Virus record (IMG/VR): IMGVR_UViG_3300044918_000111
Span: 1 to 57,787 of that record
DNA length: 57,787 nt
Direction: 5' to 3' (one strand)
Source of the DNA: a virus
Lineage: Duplodnaviria; Caudoviricetes
The notes beneath the pieces are model-generated. The model made no database searches, was not told the origin of the DNA, and saw only the letters and a program-made list of their open reading frames with translations. Position numbers and translations under genes: made by a program. Positions 9,558-20,010 of this stretch are shown here, one piece after another. Position 1 is the stretch's first letter. Each line of letters opens with the position of its first letter.

Positions 9558-10555
9558 CAGACAGCCTGCTCGTAGAACTCGATCTGCAATGCCATCGCCG
9601 AACGCAGATCCAAGGTCACCGTTCCCGTCCCGCCCGCTTTCCGACCCCGCGGATAGAACTTCTGCGACGTGCCGCGCATCGACGCGGGCACCGCAATATC
9701 CGCGGCCGCCATGATCATCGTCCGGTAATTCCCCGCAGCGTTCTGCGCATCCCAGTTCACTTCCTGGGTCTTGTAGTTATCCGGGTGGGAGTTCGCCCCC
9801 ATCTGCACCCACACCGACCCCCACGAGTTATTGGTGCACAGCACACCCGCCCACGTCATCACGATCCGCACACGCGTCGCCCACGACGGAATCGCAACAT
9901 CCGCCCACGACGTCTCAGCGGGCCAGTTCTGGCCACCAGCCGGATACGCTGACGTCGCCGACAGCACCGACGTATCCGCAGAGACGAGCGCATACGGCTG
10001 CAACACAGCCTTCGTGCGCGGGATCGCCACCTCACGCAGATCCGTGATCATTCCCGCCGTCACCGTCCCCGTCGACGCCGGGAGCGTCACCCGGGCCAGG
10101 GTGATCGCTGAACGACCCTCATACCCCGGAACATCCTGCAGACGGGTCGTGCCGGCCGGGACTCCCGAGATGACGCGGGTGAACACGTACGGCCCCACAG
10201 TCGGGTCGGACGGCTCCTGCCACTGCTCACCCGCCGTGAACGGGTCTTCGACCTGCGCGACGATCAGATCCGTGCGCCCCGCACCCGAACCCGTCACGGC
10301 GATCTCCACCTGATCCGCGACCGGCAGGCGTGCCGCATAGGTCTGCTGTGCGCCACCGGCCCCACGGTTCAGGATCAACGCCGCCCCCGGCAGGACGCGC
10401 ACAGCCGTGCCAGGCACGGACAGCGGGGCCACCTTCATGTCGCCAGGGGTAACGATCCCCTCAGCGCCGGACGTCGCCGCATATGCGAGCAGACGGGCAA
10501 CCTCGGGGGAATGCTGGGCACCGCCGCCCACGAACCACGGCACAGGGTCAAACAT
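9557..10555 (-). CDS. Minor tail protein
   Basis: 332 aa, RTDLIVAQVEDP motif; synteny. Confidence 0.7.
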   Translation of the reverse strand: MFDPVPWFVGGGAQHSPEVARLLAYAATSGAEGIVTPGDMKVAPLSVPGTAVRVLPGAALILNRGAGGAQQTYAARLPVADQVEIAVTGSGAGRTDLIVAQVEDPFTAGEQWQEPSDPTVGPYVFTRVISGVPAGTTRLQDVPGYEGRSAITLARVTLPASTGTVTAGMITDLREVAIPRTKAVLQPYALVSADTSVLSATSAYPAGGQNWPAETSWADVAIPSWATRVRIVMTWAGVLCTNNSWGSVWVQMGANSHPDNYKTQEVNWDAQNAAGNYRTMIMAAADIAVPASMRGTSQKFYPRGRKAGGTGTVTLDLRSAMALQIEFYEQAV

Positions 10556-10582
10556 GAAGATCTCCGATCCGCGCCGAAACGC

Positions 10583-11449
10583 TCAAGGTGTGTGAAACGC
10601 GGGACGCCACGACGCCACCGCACGCGCAGTACCCGTCGACGACGAACCACGCAAAACGAACTCGTGAACGCCCGGCGAAACAGTCGCGTTCGCCAGACGA
10701 GTGGACTTCGGGGTCAGCACCCCGGGGACACCAGCACCGTCACGGAGAATCGTCCGAGCCCACGGAGCCGCATCAACCGTCAACGACTGGTCGTACGCCA
10801 ACGTGATCCGGAACTCCCACCGGACAGGCCCGATCTCCACCACCGGGTTCGTGATCGGCCCGAAGACCATCACAGCCGGCCACGTCGGCAACTCCCCGCC
10901 CACCGTGACCGCCTGCGACCTATCCGAAGACTCAGTCGTCGACAACGGCGCAGCCAACGGGGCCACCAGGCCACCCGAAGGAACCGGCACCAGGCCAACC
11001 TCGACCTGCTCCAACTCCCCGAACCACAGATCAGACACCGTCGCGAAATCCGCGGTCACTCGGATCAGGCCGGAACGGTCGCCGTCCTCGCCGGGAACGA
11101 ACCGGCGAGGACGGCCGAACGTGACGCGGCCCCGATCAGACGTCAGGGTCGCAACCGCGCCGGCATCCGATCGGATCGCATCCGCCCGCCACACGTGACG
11201 CATCTGCGCGAGCAGCACTTTCGCGGCCTCCCGGTCGCCCGGTGTGAAGATGTCCACCTCGAAGGTGACCATCTGCCCGCCGAAGTAGTCGACGCCGAAC
11301 AGGCGACCGTCCCCACCGGGAGCGCTCATGTCCTCTGTGAGGCTGTCGGGCAACCCGATCTCGGGCGCCGACGCGAACCCCATCCTCGATTCGTGCGAAC
11401 CGAACGTGAGCGTGTTCCCCGGGTAGGTCAGCTTCCAATCGCCGCTCAT
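10583..11449 (-). CDS. Distal tail (Dit-like) protein
   Basis: First gene after the tape measure; GPITNP motif. Confidence 0.7.
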   Translation of the reverse strand: MSGDWKLTYPGNTLTFGSHESRMGFASAPEIGLPDSLTEDMSAPGGDGRLFGVDYFGGQMVTFEVDIFTPGDREAAKVLLAQMRHVWRADAIRSDAGAVATLTSDRGRVTFGRPRRFVPGEDGDRSGLIRVTADFATVSDLWFGELEQVEVGLVPVPSGGLVAPLAAPLSTTESSDRSQAVTVGGELPTWPAVMVFGPITNPVVEIGPVRWEFRITLAYDQSLTVDAAPWARTILRDGAGVPGVLTPKSTRLANATVSPGVHEFVLRGSSSTGTARAVASWRPAFHTP

Positions 11450-14286
11450 CGGCGACCCCCTCTCGCGTATGACCGCAGATGGAAGTTGACCTCTTCAAGG
11501 TCACGCTTCACATCACCAGACGACTGCAACGTGAGGCTTCCCACCATCGGTGCGGGCGCGACTGGCGTAGCACTCTGCTGAGAACCCACGCCGAGAAGAC
11601 TTCCTGTCGCCTGCCAGATCCCGATGTTGCGGTCTCTGTCAGCCATGCGCCCGGAGATATACGTCTCCCAGGGAACGCCCTTGTCCTTCTCGGCGAAGAT
11701 GCGATCACGGTCACGGATACCGCCCTGAACGCTGGCGTAGATCCCCGATGCGAACCCGCCTTGGTAGAACTGCTTCACGCCTGCGGCATACACGCCGCCC
11801 TGATAGTTGCCGTCGTAACCCGAAGCTGACGCCGTCCGATTCCCGTACGTGACGGTCTCCAACGTGATCCGCCTGTATCCGGGGATGCGTTCCACGGCCT
11901 TGCGTGTCTCCTCGAGCCGCTTCAACGCCTCAGCATGCTCCACCTGATACTTGGTGTGCTTGTTCTCCGGGAGGTTCAGCCATGCCCGGTAGACGGCGTC
12001 GATGCTGGCCTTGACTTCCGATGCCGACCCCAGCTGCTGGTCAGCCCACCGGATCGCCTCTTCCCGGTCCATGCCCTTCGCGGTCATCATGTTGATGACG
12101 GCTTCGCGGCCCTTTTCCCACTCGGCTTGAGCGTCGGTCAGGGAGCCTGTGTTCTGGATGATCGATTCGGCCGAGTCCCGGTGTGCGGTCTCCACATCGC
12201 GGAGCGAATCGCGGTACCGTATCGACGCGTCGTTCGACCCGTTGAGCTCAGCACCCTCTGCTTTCGCGGCTTCCGTGAGCGCGTTGATTGACGACAGCGC
12301 GGCGTCCTTCGCTTCAGCCATCTCCATGGCCTTGCCAGCGACGCCATCAAGTGCGAGCTTCATGTCCTCGAGGTCGCCGGCCGCCGCATCCGCGGCAGCA
12401 GCGATATCGTCCATCGCGCTCGTCGCCGGGACAGCGACGTCCGGAGTGTTCCCCAAGGCGAGATTGATCAACGTCTGCTTGTCCGCGGTGAGGCCCTGTC
12501 TAGTCGCCGCAGTTGTCAGCGCATCCTTGTAGGCAGGCATCAACGACAGAAGTGCCCACAACTGCCGTTCCGTACCGTCGCTCTCGTCCGCCATCATGGC
12601 GAACGCTTTCTGCGCGGAAGGGAGGTCCTGCTGCGCAAGCGTCCCGAGCTCATCACCGATGCTGGCGAGAGTCCGTTCCATCTTCGACGTTTCCGCACCT
12701 GTCGGGGTCAGACGCAACCACAGGTTCTCCCACTGCGCAGCCGACTGATCCAGCACGCCACCGAGATCCTTCAACCCCGCCGCCGTGTCACTCCAATACT
12801 TCAGTTGGGAACCCTGGCCGGCCTTGTCAAAGATCTCCTGCGCACTCTTCGCAGTCACCAGACTGTTCTGCATCTCTTCCGATGACGCGGCCGCGGCATC
12901 AAGGCCATGCTCGAGCAACGTCAGCCCCGCCGCCGCCGCAACCAGGGCAATACCCCACGGGCCGGTCAGGAATGATGCGAACCGCGACAGCCCGGCACGA
13001 GCGGTCGCGGCCTGCGGGGCGAGGGTCGCCATAGCGATCTTCAGTTCCGCGATCTTCGGGATAGCAACCAGCACGGCGCCGCCGACCAGGCCGATTCCGG
13101 CTGTCAGCAGCCCAACACCGAACGCGGCCTGTTGAGCCCAGTCCGGGAGCCCGTTGAACCCGTCAACAAGATCCGTGAGTCCCTGCACCAGGGAACGGAG
13201 CGGACCGTTCGCACCGGAGCCCATCGTGATGAACGCGGTGTCCAACGCCCCAGTGAACGCTTCCCAATCGCCCTTGAGGTTGTCGAGACGCATTGCGGCT
13301 GTATCCGCCGCATACCCGCTGTCGTTGACAGCTTCAGTCCATTTCGCGACACCGCTCGCACCAGCCTGGTAGAGCGCGGTTGCGGCGGTGATCTGCTGGT
13401 TACCGAAGATCAAACCCAGGGAAGCATCGCGGGCTTCACCTGTCATCCCCGAGTATGCCGACGCAAGCTGGCCTGCGGCATGCTCCAACCCGATGAAGTT
13501 CCCCGCATTGTCGTATAGGGAGATCCCGAGACGGTCTATCTCTTTCCGCGCCAGCGCGGACGGGGACGTGAGCGACGACAGCATGCCACGCAGTGACGTA
13601 CCAGCCTGCTCACCGATGATGCCCTGCTGCGCGAACAACGCGAGCGTGCCCGTCGTCTCCTCGATCGACACACCCATGGATGCCGCGATCGGGCCGACAA
13701 ACTTCAGTCCCTGCGCGAGGTCATCAACAGAACCCATCGCCTTGCCAGCACCAGCCGCGAGGACATCCGCGACATGGGATGCCTGAGTCCCGTCCAACTG
13801 GAACTGCTGCAACGCGGTAGCCGAGATCTCCGCCGCTCGAGCAACACCTAGCCCACCCGCCGCCGCAAGGTCCATAGCGCCAGTCAGACCGCCACCAAGG
13901 ATGTCAGCCGTTGAGATGCCGGCCTTAGACAGTTCCTCGACGGCCTGCGCCGCCTCCGTCGCAGAGAACACCGTCGACGCGCCAGCGTCCAGAGCCGCCT
14001 GACGCAGAAGACCCATGTTGTCCGCGGTCTCGTGCGTCGCCGCCTGCACGTACGACATCTGCTGGTCGAACTCAGCGAACTTCGCCACAGCGACACCGAC
14101 ACCGGCCGCGGCGGCAGCGCCCAGCGCGATCGCCGCAGTCCCCAAAGTGGTCATCGCCCGGTGAGTCTCAGCGAGCTTGTCACCCTCGTCCTTGAGATCC
14201 TTCGTCGCGTTCTTCGCGCGCTTCAGGTTCTCCTCGAACTTCGCGATATCTGCCTCGAGGATCACCCGGGTGATGCGTTCAGCCAT
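11446..14286 (-). CDS. Tape measure protein (TP901-type core)
   Basis: ~946 aa; FDQQMSYV, STVFSATEAAQA, GEQAGTSLR, DNLKGD motifs. Confidence 0.92.
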   Translation of the reverse strand: MAERITRVILEADIAKFEENLKRAKNATKDLKDEGDKLAETHRAMTTLGTAAIALGAAAAAGVGVAVAKFAEFDQQMSYVQAATHETADNMGLLRQAALDAGASTVFSATEAAQAVEELSKAGISTADILGGGLTGAMDLAAAGGLGVARAAEISATALQQFQLDGTQASHVADVLAAGAGKAMGSVDDLAQGLKFVGPIAASMGVSIEETTGTLALFAQQGIIGEQAGTSLRGMLSSLTSPSALARKEIDRLGISLYDNAGNFIGLEHAAGQLASAYSGMTGEARDASLGLIFGNQQITAATALYQAGASGVAKWTEAVNDSGYAADTAAMRLDNLKGDWEAFTGALDTAFITMGSGANGPLRSLVQGLTDLVDGFNGLPDWAQQAAFGVGLLTAGIGLVGGAVLVAIPKIAELKIAMATLAPQAATARAGLSRFASFLTGPWGIALVAAAAGLTLLEHGLDAAAASSEEMQNSLVTAKSAQEIFDKAGQGSQLKYWSDTAAGLKDLGGVLDQSAAQWENLWLRLTPTGAETSKMERTLASIGDELGTLAQQDLPSAQKAFAMMADESDGTERQLWALLSLMPAYKDALTTAATRQGLTADKQTLINLALGNTPDVAVPATSAMDDIAAAADAAAGDLEDMKLALDGVAGKAMEMAEAKDAALSSINALTEAAKAEGAELNGSNDASIRYRDSLRDVETAHRDSAESIIQNTGSLTDAQAEWEKGREAVINMMTAKGMDREEAIRWADQQLGSASEVKASIDAVYRAWLNLPENKHTKYQVEHAEALKRLEETRKAVERIPGYRRITLETVTYGNRTASASGYDGNYQGGVYAAGVKQFYQGGFASGIYASVQGGIRDRDRIFAEKDKGVPWETYISGRMADRDRNIGIWQATGSLLGVGSQQSATPVAPAPMVGSLTLQSSGDVKRDLEEVNFHLRSYARGGRR

Positions 14287-14351
14287 AACGGATACCCCCT
14301 GAGTCGATACCCGCGTGGGCATGCGTCCGAGCGCCCTGTTACGATCCGGGC

Positions 14352-14690
14352 ATGAAGAAGAAACTGGCCGCCCTCGCGGCGATGGCACTGCTACTCACCG
14401 GGTGCAGTGCAGGCAAAGCGGGTACGGCCCTCGATGCGTGTGTGAAAGCCGCCGAAGAAGAAGTCGGCGTGAGCGTCAACGCGAGCGACATCGAGTCCAC
14501 CAACATGAGCGATGCGCTCTATGAAGTGGGCATCAAAGATGAGCGCGAAACCAGCGACGACAATGCGTTGTTCACCGTCGCCGGGAAGATCACCTACGTG
14601 CAGGATGGCACCGAAACACGCCGCTCAATGATCTGCATGGTGCAGTTCAATGAGGGTGAGCCCGAAGAACCAGAACTCACCCTCACCTGA
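14352..14690 (+). CDS. Lipoprotein moron, antisense within the tail operon
   Basis: MKKK, hydrophobic stretch, LTGC lipobox; TGtTACGAT, 6 nt, ATG. Confidence 0.8.
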   Translation: MKKKLAALAAMALLLTGCSAGKAGTALDACVKAAEEEVGVSVNASDIESTNMSDALYEVGIKDERETSDDNALFTVAGKITYVQDGTETRRSMICMVQFNEGEPEEPELTLT

Positions 14691-15454
14691 TCAGTCGTCA
14701 AGTTCGACGTAGAACAGCAGATCCCGTGTCGAACCCTGCCCATGACGCGTCTCCCACGCCTCTTCGGCTTCACGGAGCGCTTTCGCGGCCAGATCCGTGA
14801 CAGGCTCGGGAACCTTGAACTTTCCGAAGTTCTTCCCGTCCGTCGCGTCCGCCACCGGGACACCATGGGAACCCCGGGGGATGTGCGACTGACGGAACGA
14901 TTCGGTCAACCACATGCGGTCCAGTTCAGAGAACTCAGGCTCTCGGACCGTCACCGCTTGGACAACACGACCGGCACCGTCGTATTCGTACGTGGTGACC
15001 TCGGCAGGCTCCCAGCCGAAGAACCTACGGACAGAAACGCCGAGTTCGCGGGCAAGCTCTACTTCTTGCCCGCTCGGCCTTTTCCCAGTTCCTGCAACTC
15101 CTGCAACACGGCGTTGACGTTGATGCCCCAGATGACCAGTTCGACCTTGTTGCGGTGCACAGAATCAAGAACCGAGTACATCTCCGCCCACGTTTCCGGG
15201 TCCATGACCTCACCGTCAACCATGACGTTCGGGTAGGACGCAGAAACACCCTTCGGGTTGTACCCCATCACCGAGTCACCCTCAACGCCAGCCCGCGGAG
15301 GGTTGTCACCCATCAACGTGTCCCACACGTCCGGGTGCACACGCTCAATGCTGAGCGTCACGATCTCGCCGCCGAGAACAACATCCAACTCGGAACGGTT
15401 CTCAACCTCAAGCTCGGCACGCTGCTTCGCGATCAGCGCCTTGATGTCCGCCAT
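14691..15454 (-). CDS. Tail assembly chaperones G (15059-15454) and G-T via -1 programmed frameshift
   Basis: In-frame G GGA AAA slippery site (plus strand 15080-15086); the -1 frame stays open to 14691. Confidence 0.85.
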
Positions 15455-15528
15455 GGTTTCCTCACCTCTCCTCACCAGATGGAAGACCGGGGGCAGGGCG
15501 GTGAGGAACCCTACCCCCGGGGTTTGTG

Positions 15529-16041
15529 TCACGCGCCGGCGACGACCGCGATCTCATGCAGGACTTCGCCCGTGATCGACGGGGAAGTCGTCTTGTGCGC
15601 CTCCGTGTTCGCCGTCGCCGGGACGACGCTCGAGCGGGCTGTACGCACCGGAACGATGTCGGTGATGACATCACCCGCGGCGATCTCCCACCCGTTCGCA
15701 TATCCGAGGAAATGAACGATGTACCCGGCCGTGCCGCGCACGCCGATCGTCGTCTCCGCGTCGGTGGGCGTCTCGCGGTTGAACACGTACAGCAGCGTCA
15801 GCACGTACGAGACGGTGCCCTCAGCGGAGAGCATCTGCCCGAGCGTGTAACGGGTGATCTGCCGGGGCGTCTCGGCCGGGGTCAGGCTGTACCCGGTCGC
15901 ACCGTACAGGTCGTACGTGATCGGCGTTCCCGCCGCGAGTTCCGCGACGGTGGGCTTGGTGGGGTCTGCGAGGGTCGGCACCCACAGGACGGTGCCCATG
16001 TCTTCATAGCCGAAGCCCTCAGATACGCTTTCGCGTGCCAT
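15529..16041 (-). CDS. Major tail protein
   Basis: PTVAELAAG motif; directly upstream of the chaperones. Confidence 0.85.
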   Translation of the reverse strand: MARESVSEGFGYEDMGTVLWVPTLADPTKPTVAELAAGTPITYDLYGATGYSLTPAETPRQITRYTLGQMLSAEGTVSYVLTLLYVFNRETPTDAETTIGVRGTAGYIVHFLGYANGWEIAAGDVITDIVPVRTARSSVVPATANTEAHKTTSPSITGEVLHEIAVVAGA

Positions 16042-16283
16042 TATTTCTCCTTGGGGTTGGCCCCACGGCGGGGCTTCTTCACCGCTGGACGGTCGTCCAC
16101 GGCATCCGCCTCAACAGGCGGCTCCGGCCTCACCCCGGAAACGAAAGAAGCCGGTCGCTGCTTAGCTACCGGCTTCTTGTCCACGACCTTGTAACGGTCG
16201 GGATGACGTTCCACTTCGACAGTGGGAACATCGAACTCATGTTGTGCCGCACCAGGGCGGGCACTGCGCACTCGGACGAACAT
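16041..16283 (-). CDS. Small hypothetical virion-module protein
   Basis: 80 aa, coupled at both ends. Confidence 0.55.
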   Translation of the reverse strand: MFVRVRSARPGAAQHEFDVPTVEVERHPDRYKVVDKKPVAKQRPASFVSGVRPEPPVEADAVDDRPAVKKPRRGANPKEK

Positions 16284-16702
16284 CAAGCGCCTCCTGGCCT
16301 CGAAGTGAACAGAATGCCCGTGTCGCACACCCACAGGCCGGGTTTGATAGACCGGTCAAGTTCGGCCTTGCCGGTCTCAAGGCGTGCCGGGTTACACCAG
16401 CGCCCAGGGATCTGGAACCGGTGCCCGACAACCGCCGAACGCACCCGGTCCATCGCCTTGAGCAGCGCGCCGAACGTGGCGCCGACGATCCGAACATCAA
16501 TGTCAAAATCAGCCGGCCCCTCAACACCCACCGGCATGGTGTACCGCTGCTCTTCCAGATCATCAGGGAGCGGCGCGAACAGGATCAGGTATGTGGCGAC
16601 GATCAGCTTGTCCTCGGGCGTCACCAACGCCGTGTCATGCACCGGCAGCAGGGTCGTCTCAAGGCGTGACCTAACCGCGTTGTAGGTCGCTTCGACGGTC
16701 AT
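16283..16702 (-). CDS. Tail terminator-like protein
   Basis: Size and position before the major tail gene. Confidence 0.6.
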   Translation of the reverse strand: MTVEATYNAVRSRLETTLLPVHDTALVTPEDKLIVATYLILFAPLPDDLEEQRYTMPVGVEGPADFDIDVRIVGATFGALLKAMDRVRSAVVGHRFQIPGRWCNPARLETGKAELDRSIKPGLWVCDTGILFTSRPGGA

Positions 16703-17085
16703 AGCCCCGCCTTCCGCAACCCATCCGCGAGCGCCTTATCGATCCCCGCGTGGAAGTCCTTCTCGTTGTTCTTGAGCGCGTCACGGCCCGCATGCTGAGG
16801 TGCCGAACGAACGCCACCGTTCGCGTCCTCCACGAAACCGAACGAACCCTGACGACGGCCCGGTGTCGGGCCAATCTCGGCCCAGATCGACGACGCCTTG
16901 ATCTCTGTGTCGTACCCGACCGAAGCGCCGTACGCTTCAAGCCCAGTGCGGGCGGCCTCCTCGCGCCACTCATCGCGGATGTTGTGCGCCGTGAACTGCA
17001 GCGCCGACCGCGCGAACGGGATCGTTTCAGCCGGGACACTGGTCAGATCAGCGGCCAGCTTGTCGAGCTCGGAGAAGTCCGTCAT
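16699..17085 (-). CDS. HK97 gp10-like tail completion protein
   Basis: FSELDKLAADL start, AEIGP motif; synteny. Confidence 0.6.
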   Translation of the reverse strand: MTDFSELDKLAADLTSVPAETIPFARSALQFTAHNIRDEWREEAARTGLEAYGASVGYDTEIKASSIWAEIGPTPGRRQGSFGFVEDANGGVRSAPQHAGRDALKNNEKDFHAGIDKALADGLRKAGL

Positions 17086-17505
17086 TCAACTCACCTGCTC
17101 CACCGGATACCGCCAGGCCGTCGTCTGCCCCATGGCTGGGAAATCCTTCGTCCTCACCCGAACGCCAGCCAGGCTCGGATCGGACGTCGATGCGCTGACC
17201 TGCACGAATACGGACGGCCCTACGCGAATGGACCCCGACGGAACCGACAAGACCAGTGCGGAAACGACAGGCTCTTGACCGGCGATCTCCACGTCTCTCG
17301 ACTCCTTGGACGCGGCCTTCAGCCGCGCAGGGATGTTGAACGTGGACTTGCCATCCACGGTCCCTGCGATCGGCGTCTCCACCTTGATCGGTTGCAGGGT
17401 TTCCTCGTCAATGGCGTCTTCCTCGGTGAAGAACGTGACAGTCTCCGTCATCCGGGATTCGGCCATTCGGCGGCCCAGCGTCGTGGTCCCGCGGAGGATG
17501 CTCAT
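17086..17505 (-). CDS. Head-to-tail stopper-like protein
   Basis: GRRMAESRMTETV… and GQTTAWRYPV motifs; synteny. Confidence 0.65.
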   Translation of the reverse strand: MSILRGTTTLGRRMAESRMTETVTFFTEEDAIDEETLQPIKVETPIAGTVDGKSTFNIPARLKAASKESRDVEIAGQEPVVSALVLSVPSGSIRVGPSVFVQVSASTSDPSLAGVRVRTKDFPAMGQTTAWRYPVEQVS

Positions 17506-18062
17506 TGCGTCACCATGGTCCCGCTAGACGCCCCGTAGGCGCGTTGCAAGTTCTCTTGCGTGAGCGCGGGAAGGGTGAGGTGTCCGGTCTTGTCGCCGCC
17601 GTCCGCGAAGGCGATCTTGAAGTCATCCAGAGCCAGGGACGAGAGCCCTCCGACGTTCACTCCAAGGTCGGCTTCTACGAGAAGGATCGCTGATGCGACC
17701 ATGGCGACGTTGATGCCGACGAGATCGGCAGGCGGTTCCGCGGCCCCGTAGCTAAAGGTGACCTCCACCGACTGATAGAAGACGTCTTGTATCGAGTCCT
17801 CGAACCGCGTGAATGGGACGTTGGCGCCGTTTGCTTTGACGGACACAATGTCAGCTACGAATGACTGCGGGAGGTCCACCCGCCCGAGCACCGGGTACGC
17901 AACGTACGTCGATGTCACGGGCGGGTAGATGTGCTGACCGATGACGCCCCGCAAGTACCCTGCGGACTGGTCCAGAAGGACCTCAATCCACGCCTTCTCC
18001 TCGTCGGTGAAGGTGCGGCTGAGGGTGTCCTCAACGTTGTCTGCGGTGGCGAAACCGGTCAT
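17502..18062 (-). CDS. Head-to-tail adaptor
   Basis: FATADNV…LLDQS and VEVTFSYG motifs. Confidence 0.7.
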   Translation of the reverse strand: MTGFATADNVEDTLSRTFTDEEKAWIEVLLDQSAGYLRGVIGQHIYPPVTSTYVAYPVLGRVDLPQSFVADIVSVKANGANVPFTRFEDSIQDVFYQSVEVTFSYGAAEPPADLVGINVAMVASAILLVEADLGVNVGGLSSLALDDFKIAFADGGDKTGHLTLPALTQENLQRAYGASSGTMVTQ

Positions 18063-18065
18063 GTG

Positions 18066-18386
18066 TCACTCCTTGAACAGGGCCCGGATCTCGTCGCGGG
18101 ACATGCCCTCAACGTCCTTGCCGTTTGCGGTGGCGAACGCGGCCCAAGCGTCGAGTCCTGCGTTGCCCTTCGGCATCTCGCCAACCGTTTCGGCGGGCTC
18201 GGGTGTGGTCTCGGTGACGGGTGTCACTTCTGCCACTTCGACGGGCTCGGCAGGTGCCTCTTCAGCGCCCTCGGGCTCGGGTGTGGTCTCGGTGACGTAT
18301 CGGGCGTGCCCGCCGTCCACAAGCCCGGATGCAACGATGTCTTCAACATCGAGGATCAGCCCGCTGGGGCCGATGATCTTTGCCAT
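18066..18386 (-). CDS. Small acidic protein after the capsid gene
   Basis: VTETTPEP twice; C-terminal PKGNA…W…MSRDEI motif. Confidence 0.6.
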   Translation of the reverse strand: MAKIIGPSGLILDVEDIVASGLVDGGHARYVTETTPEPEGAEEAPAEPVEVAEVTPVTETTPEPAETVGEMPKGNAGLDAWAAFATANGKDVEGMSRDEIRALFKE

Positions 18387-18442
18387 GATTCCTTCTCTCC
18401 GAGTGAGCGGGGAGGGCCGGCATGCGACCCTCCCCGTTTGCG

Positions 18443-19306
18443 TCAGGACGCGGTGAAAACGCGGATGCCGGTCGCGCGGACGACCTTGCCGCCGTACACG
18501 TGCAGGCCGCGAACACGATCAGCGATCGAGTCGTTGTCACGCATGCGCTCGATCGAGTCGAGCTGCGACACGTACGCGGCAGCATTGCGGTGGAACGCGA
18601 TGAAGCGCGGCTTACTGGACGAGTCCGGGATGGACAGCGCCGACACGGTGCGGAAGCCGAGCACGTTGCCGATGGTCGCGTTGCGGAGACCGTTCGCATC
18701 ACCAGAGGTGTCGAAACCGGTGATCTTCGACGCGGCCGTGAGCAGCAGCGCCTCAAATTCCGGGTTGACCGCCAGGACACGGTTCGCGGCAGGGACCTTC
18801 GCCTTCTGCAGTTCCTTGCGTGCCTGGACGATCTGATCCCACGCCTGATCACCGGTCGTGACCGCCGCAGCAGTCATGGCCGTGCCGTTGGTGGCGAGCA
18901 GAGCGGCGAGGAACGCGTCCGAGTCCGCAGCGAGCGCGTCGCCGGCCGCGTCCGTGTAGTGGCGGACCTGCACGATGCCACCAGACTGCACAGCATCGAT
19001 GTCCTGCACCTTGAAGTCGAACGCCTTCTCCTGGTCGATGAGGAGATCCACACCGGTATCGGTGACGTCATCCGCCTTCGTGGTGCGGGGAATGGGCTGC
19101 GGGTCCTCAGGGTCGTTGTCCGACACCGCGCCCGTCTTGTAGTTCTTGATCGTCGGGGCGACGACACCAGTCAGGTGCACGACGTTGCCACGGCGGGCAA
19201 CACCCTCGTACTCGCGGGACACGAGCTGCGGGAAAACCGCCTCCGCCTCCCAACGGTCGAGGATCTCATCAGCCCATACCTCGGGGATTCCATTTGCGAG
19301 AGCCAT
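18443..19306 (-). CDS. Major capsid protein
   Basis: IPEVWA, VSREYEG, DRVRGLHVYGGKVVR motifs. Confidence 0.9.
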   Translation of the reverse strand: MALANGIPEVWADEILDRWEAEAVFPQLVSREYEGVARRGNVVHLTGVVAPTIKNYKTGAVSDNDPEDPQPIPRTTKADDVTDTGVDLLIDQEKAFDFKVQDIDAVQSGGIVQVRHYTDAAGDALAADSDAFLAALLATNGTAMTAAAVTTGDQAWDQIVQARKELQKAKVPAANRVLAVNPEFEALLLTAASKITGFDTSGDANGLRNATIGNVLGFRTVSALSIPDSSSKPRFIAFHRNAAAYVSQLDSIERMRDNDSIADRVRGLHVYGGKVVRATGIRVFTAS

Positions 19307-19324
19307 GATGGCGCTCCTTTCGTG

Positions 19325-19957
19325 TTATTTGGCCCCGAGAATCAGGTTGACGCGGCCCTCATCACGGGCCTTGCGTCGCTCTTCTCGGGACAATGCGTTG
19401 TATTCGTTCTGTGTCAGCTGCCCGGGCTTGGCCTGGGGTTTCGCGGACTGGTTGACGTTCCCGAACTGCCTCTTGCCCGTCGCGGCAAGGTGGGGTTTCC
19501 GGGTGAGAAGGTCGGTGATCGCGTCCTCGATTGCGGATGCGTCCACGTCGCCGTTCTCGTCTACGTCGAATTCGCTGAGGTCAAGGAATGCGACCGCATC
19601 GGCAGGATCTGCGAGCTTTCCTGCTGCCGCCGCACGGATCTCGCTGCGGAGAATCCGGGTGTTCGACTTCTGGGTTGCTTCCGCTGTGGCTTCGCGCCGC
19701 ACACGGTCCAACTCCTGCTCATCGGTCGGCTTGTCCTTCGCCGCGATCTGCGCCTTCAGGGCGGCAAGCTCGGCTTTCGCCTCGCGGGCTTCACGCTTCG
19801 CGGTACGTGCCGCGGCGCGCTCGGTCGCGAGAGCCTTCTTGCCAGGTTCACCAAGGGTTTCCTCGGTTTCCTCGGCATCGGTCGTCTCTTCGACTTCCTC
19901 AGCAGTTGTCTCTACGTCAGTCGTCTCGTCCGTCGCGTCGGTGACGTCATCAGTCAT
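19325..19957 (-). CDS. Scaffolding protein
   Basis: Acidic N-terminus, LGEPGKKAL, KLADPADA, KPHLA; precedes the capsid gene. Confidence 0.85.
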   Translation of the reverse strand: MTDDVTDATDETTDVETTAEEVEETTDAEETEETLGEPGKKALATERAAARTAKREAREAKAELAALKAQIAAKDKPTDEQELDRVRREATAEATQKSNTRILRSEIRAAAAGKLADPADAVAFLDLSEFDVDENGDVDASAIEDAITDLLTRKPHLAATGKRQFGNVNQSAKPQAKPGQLTQNEYNALSREERRKARDEGRVNLILGAK

Positions 19958-19984
19958 GGGGAATCGCTCCTCAAAATGGGCATG

Positions 19985-20010
19985 AAAAAAGCCCCCACGG
20001 TTGTGGAGGC
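19985..20010 (-). terminator. Intrinsic terminator inside the head operon
   Basis: GCCTCCAC-AACC-GTGGGGGC followed by T6 on the minus strand. Confidence 0.75.
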
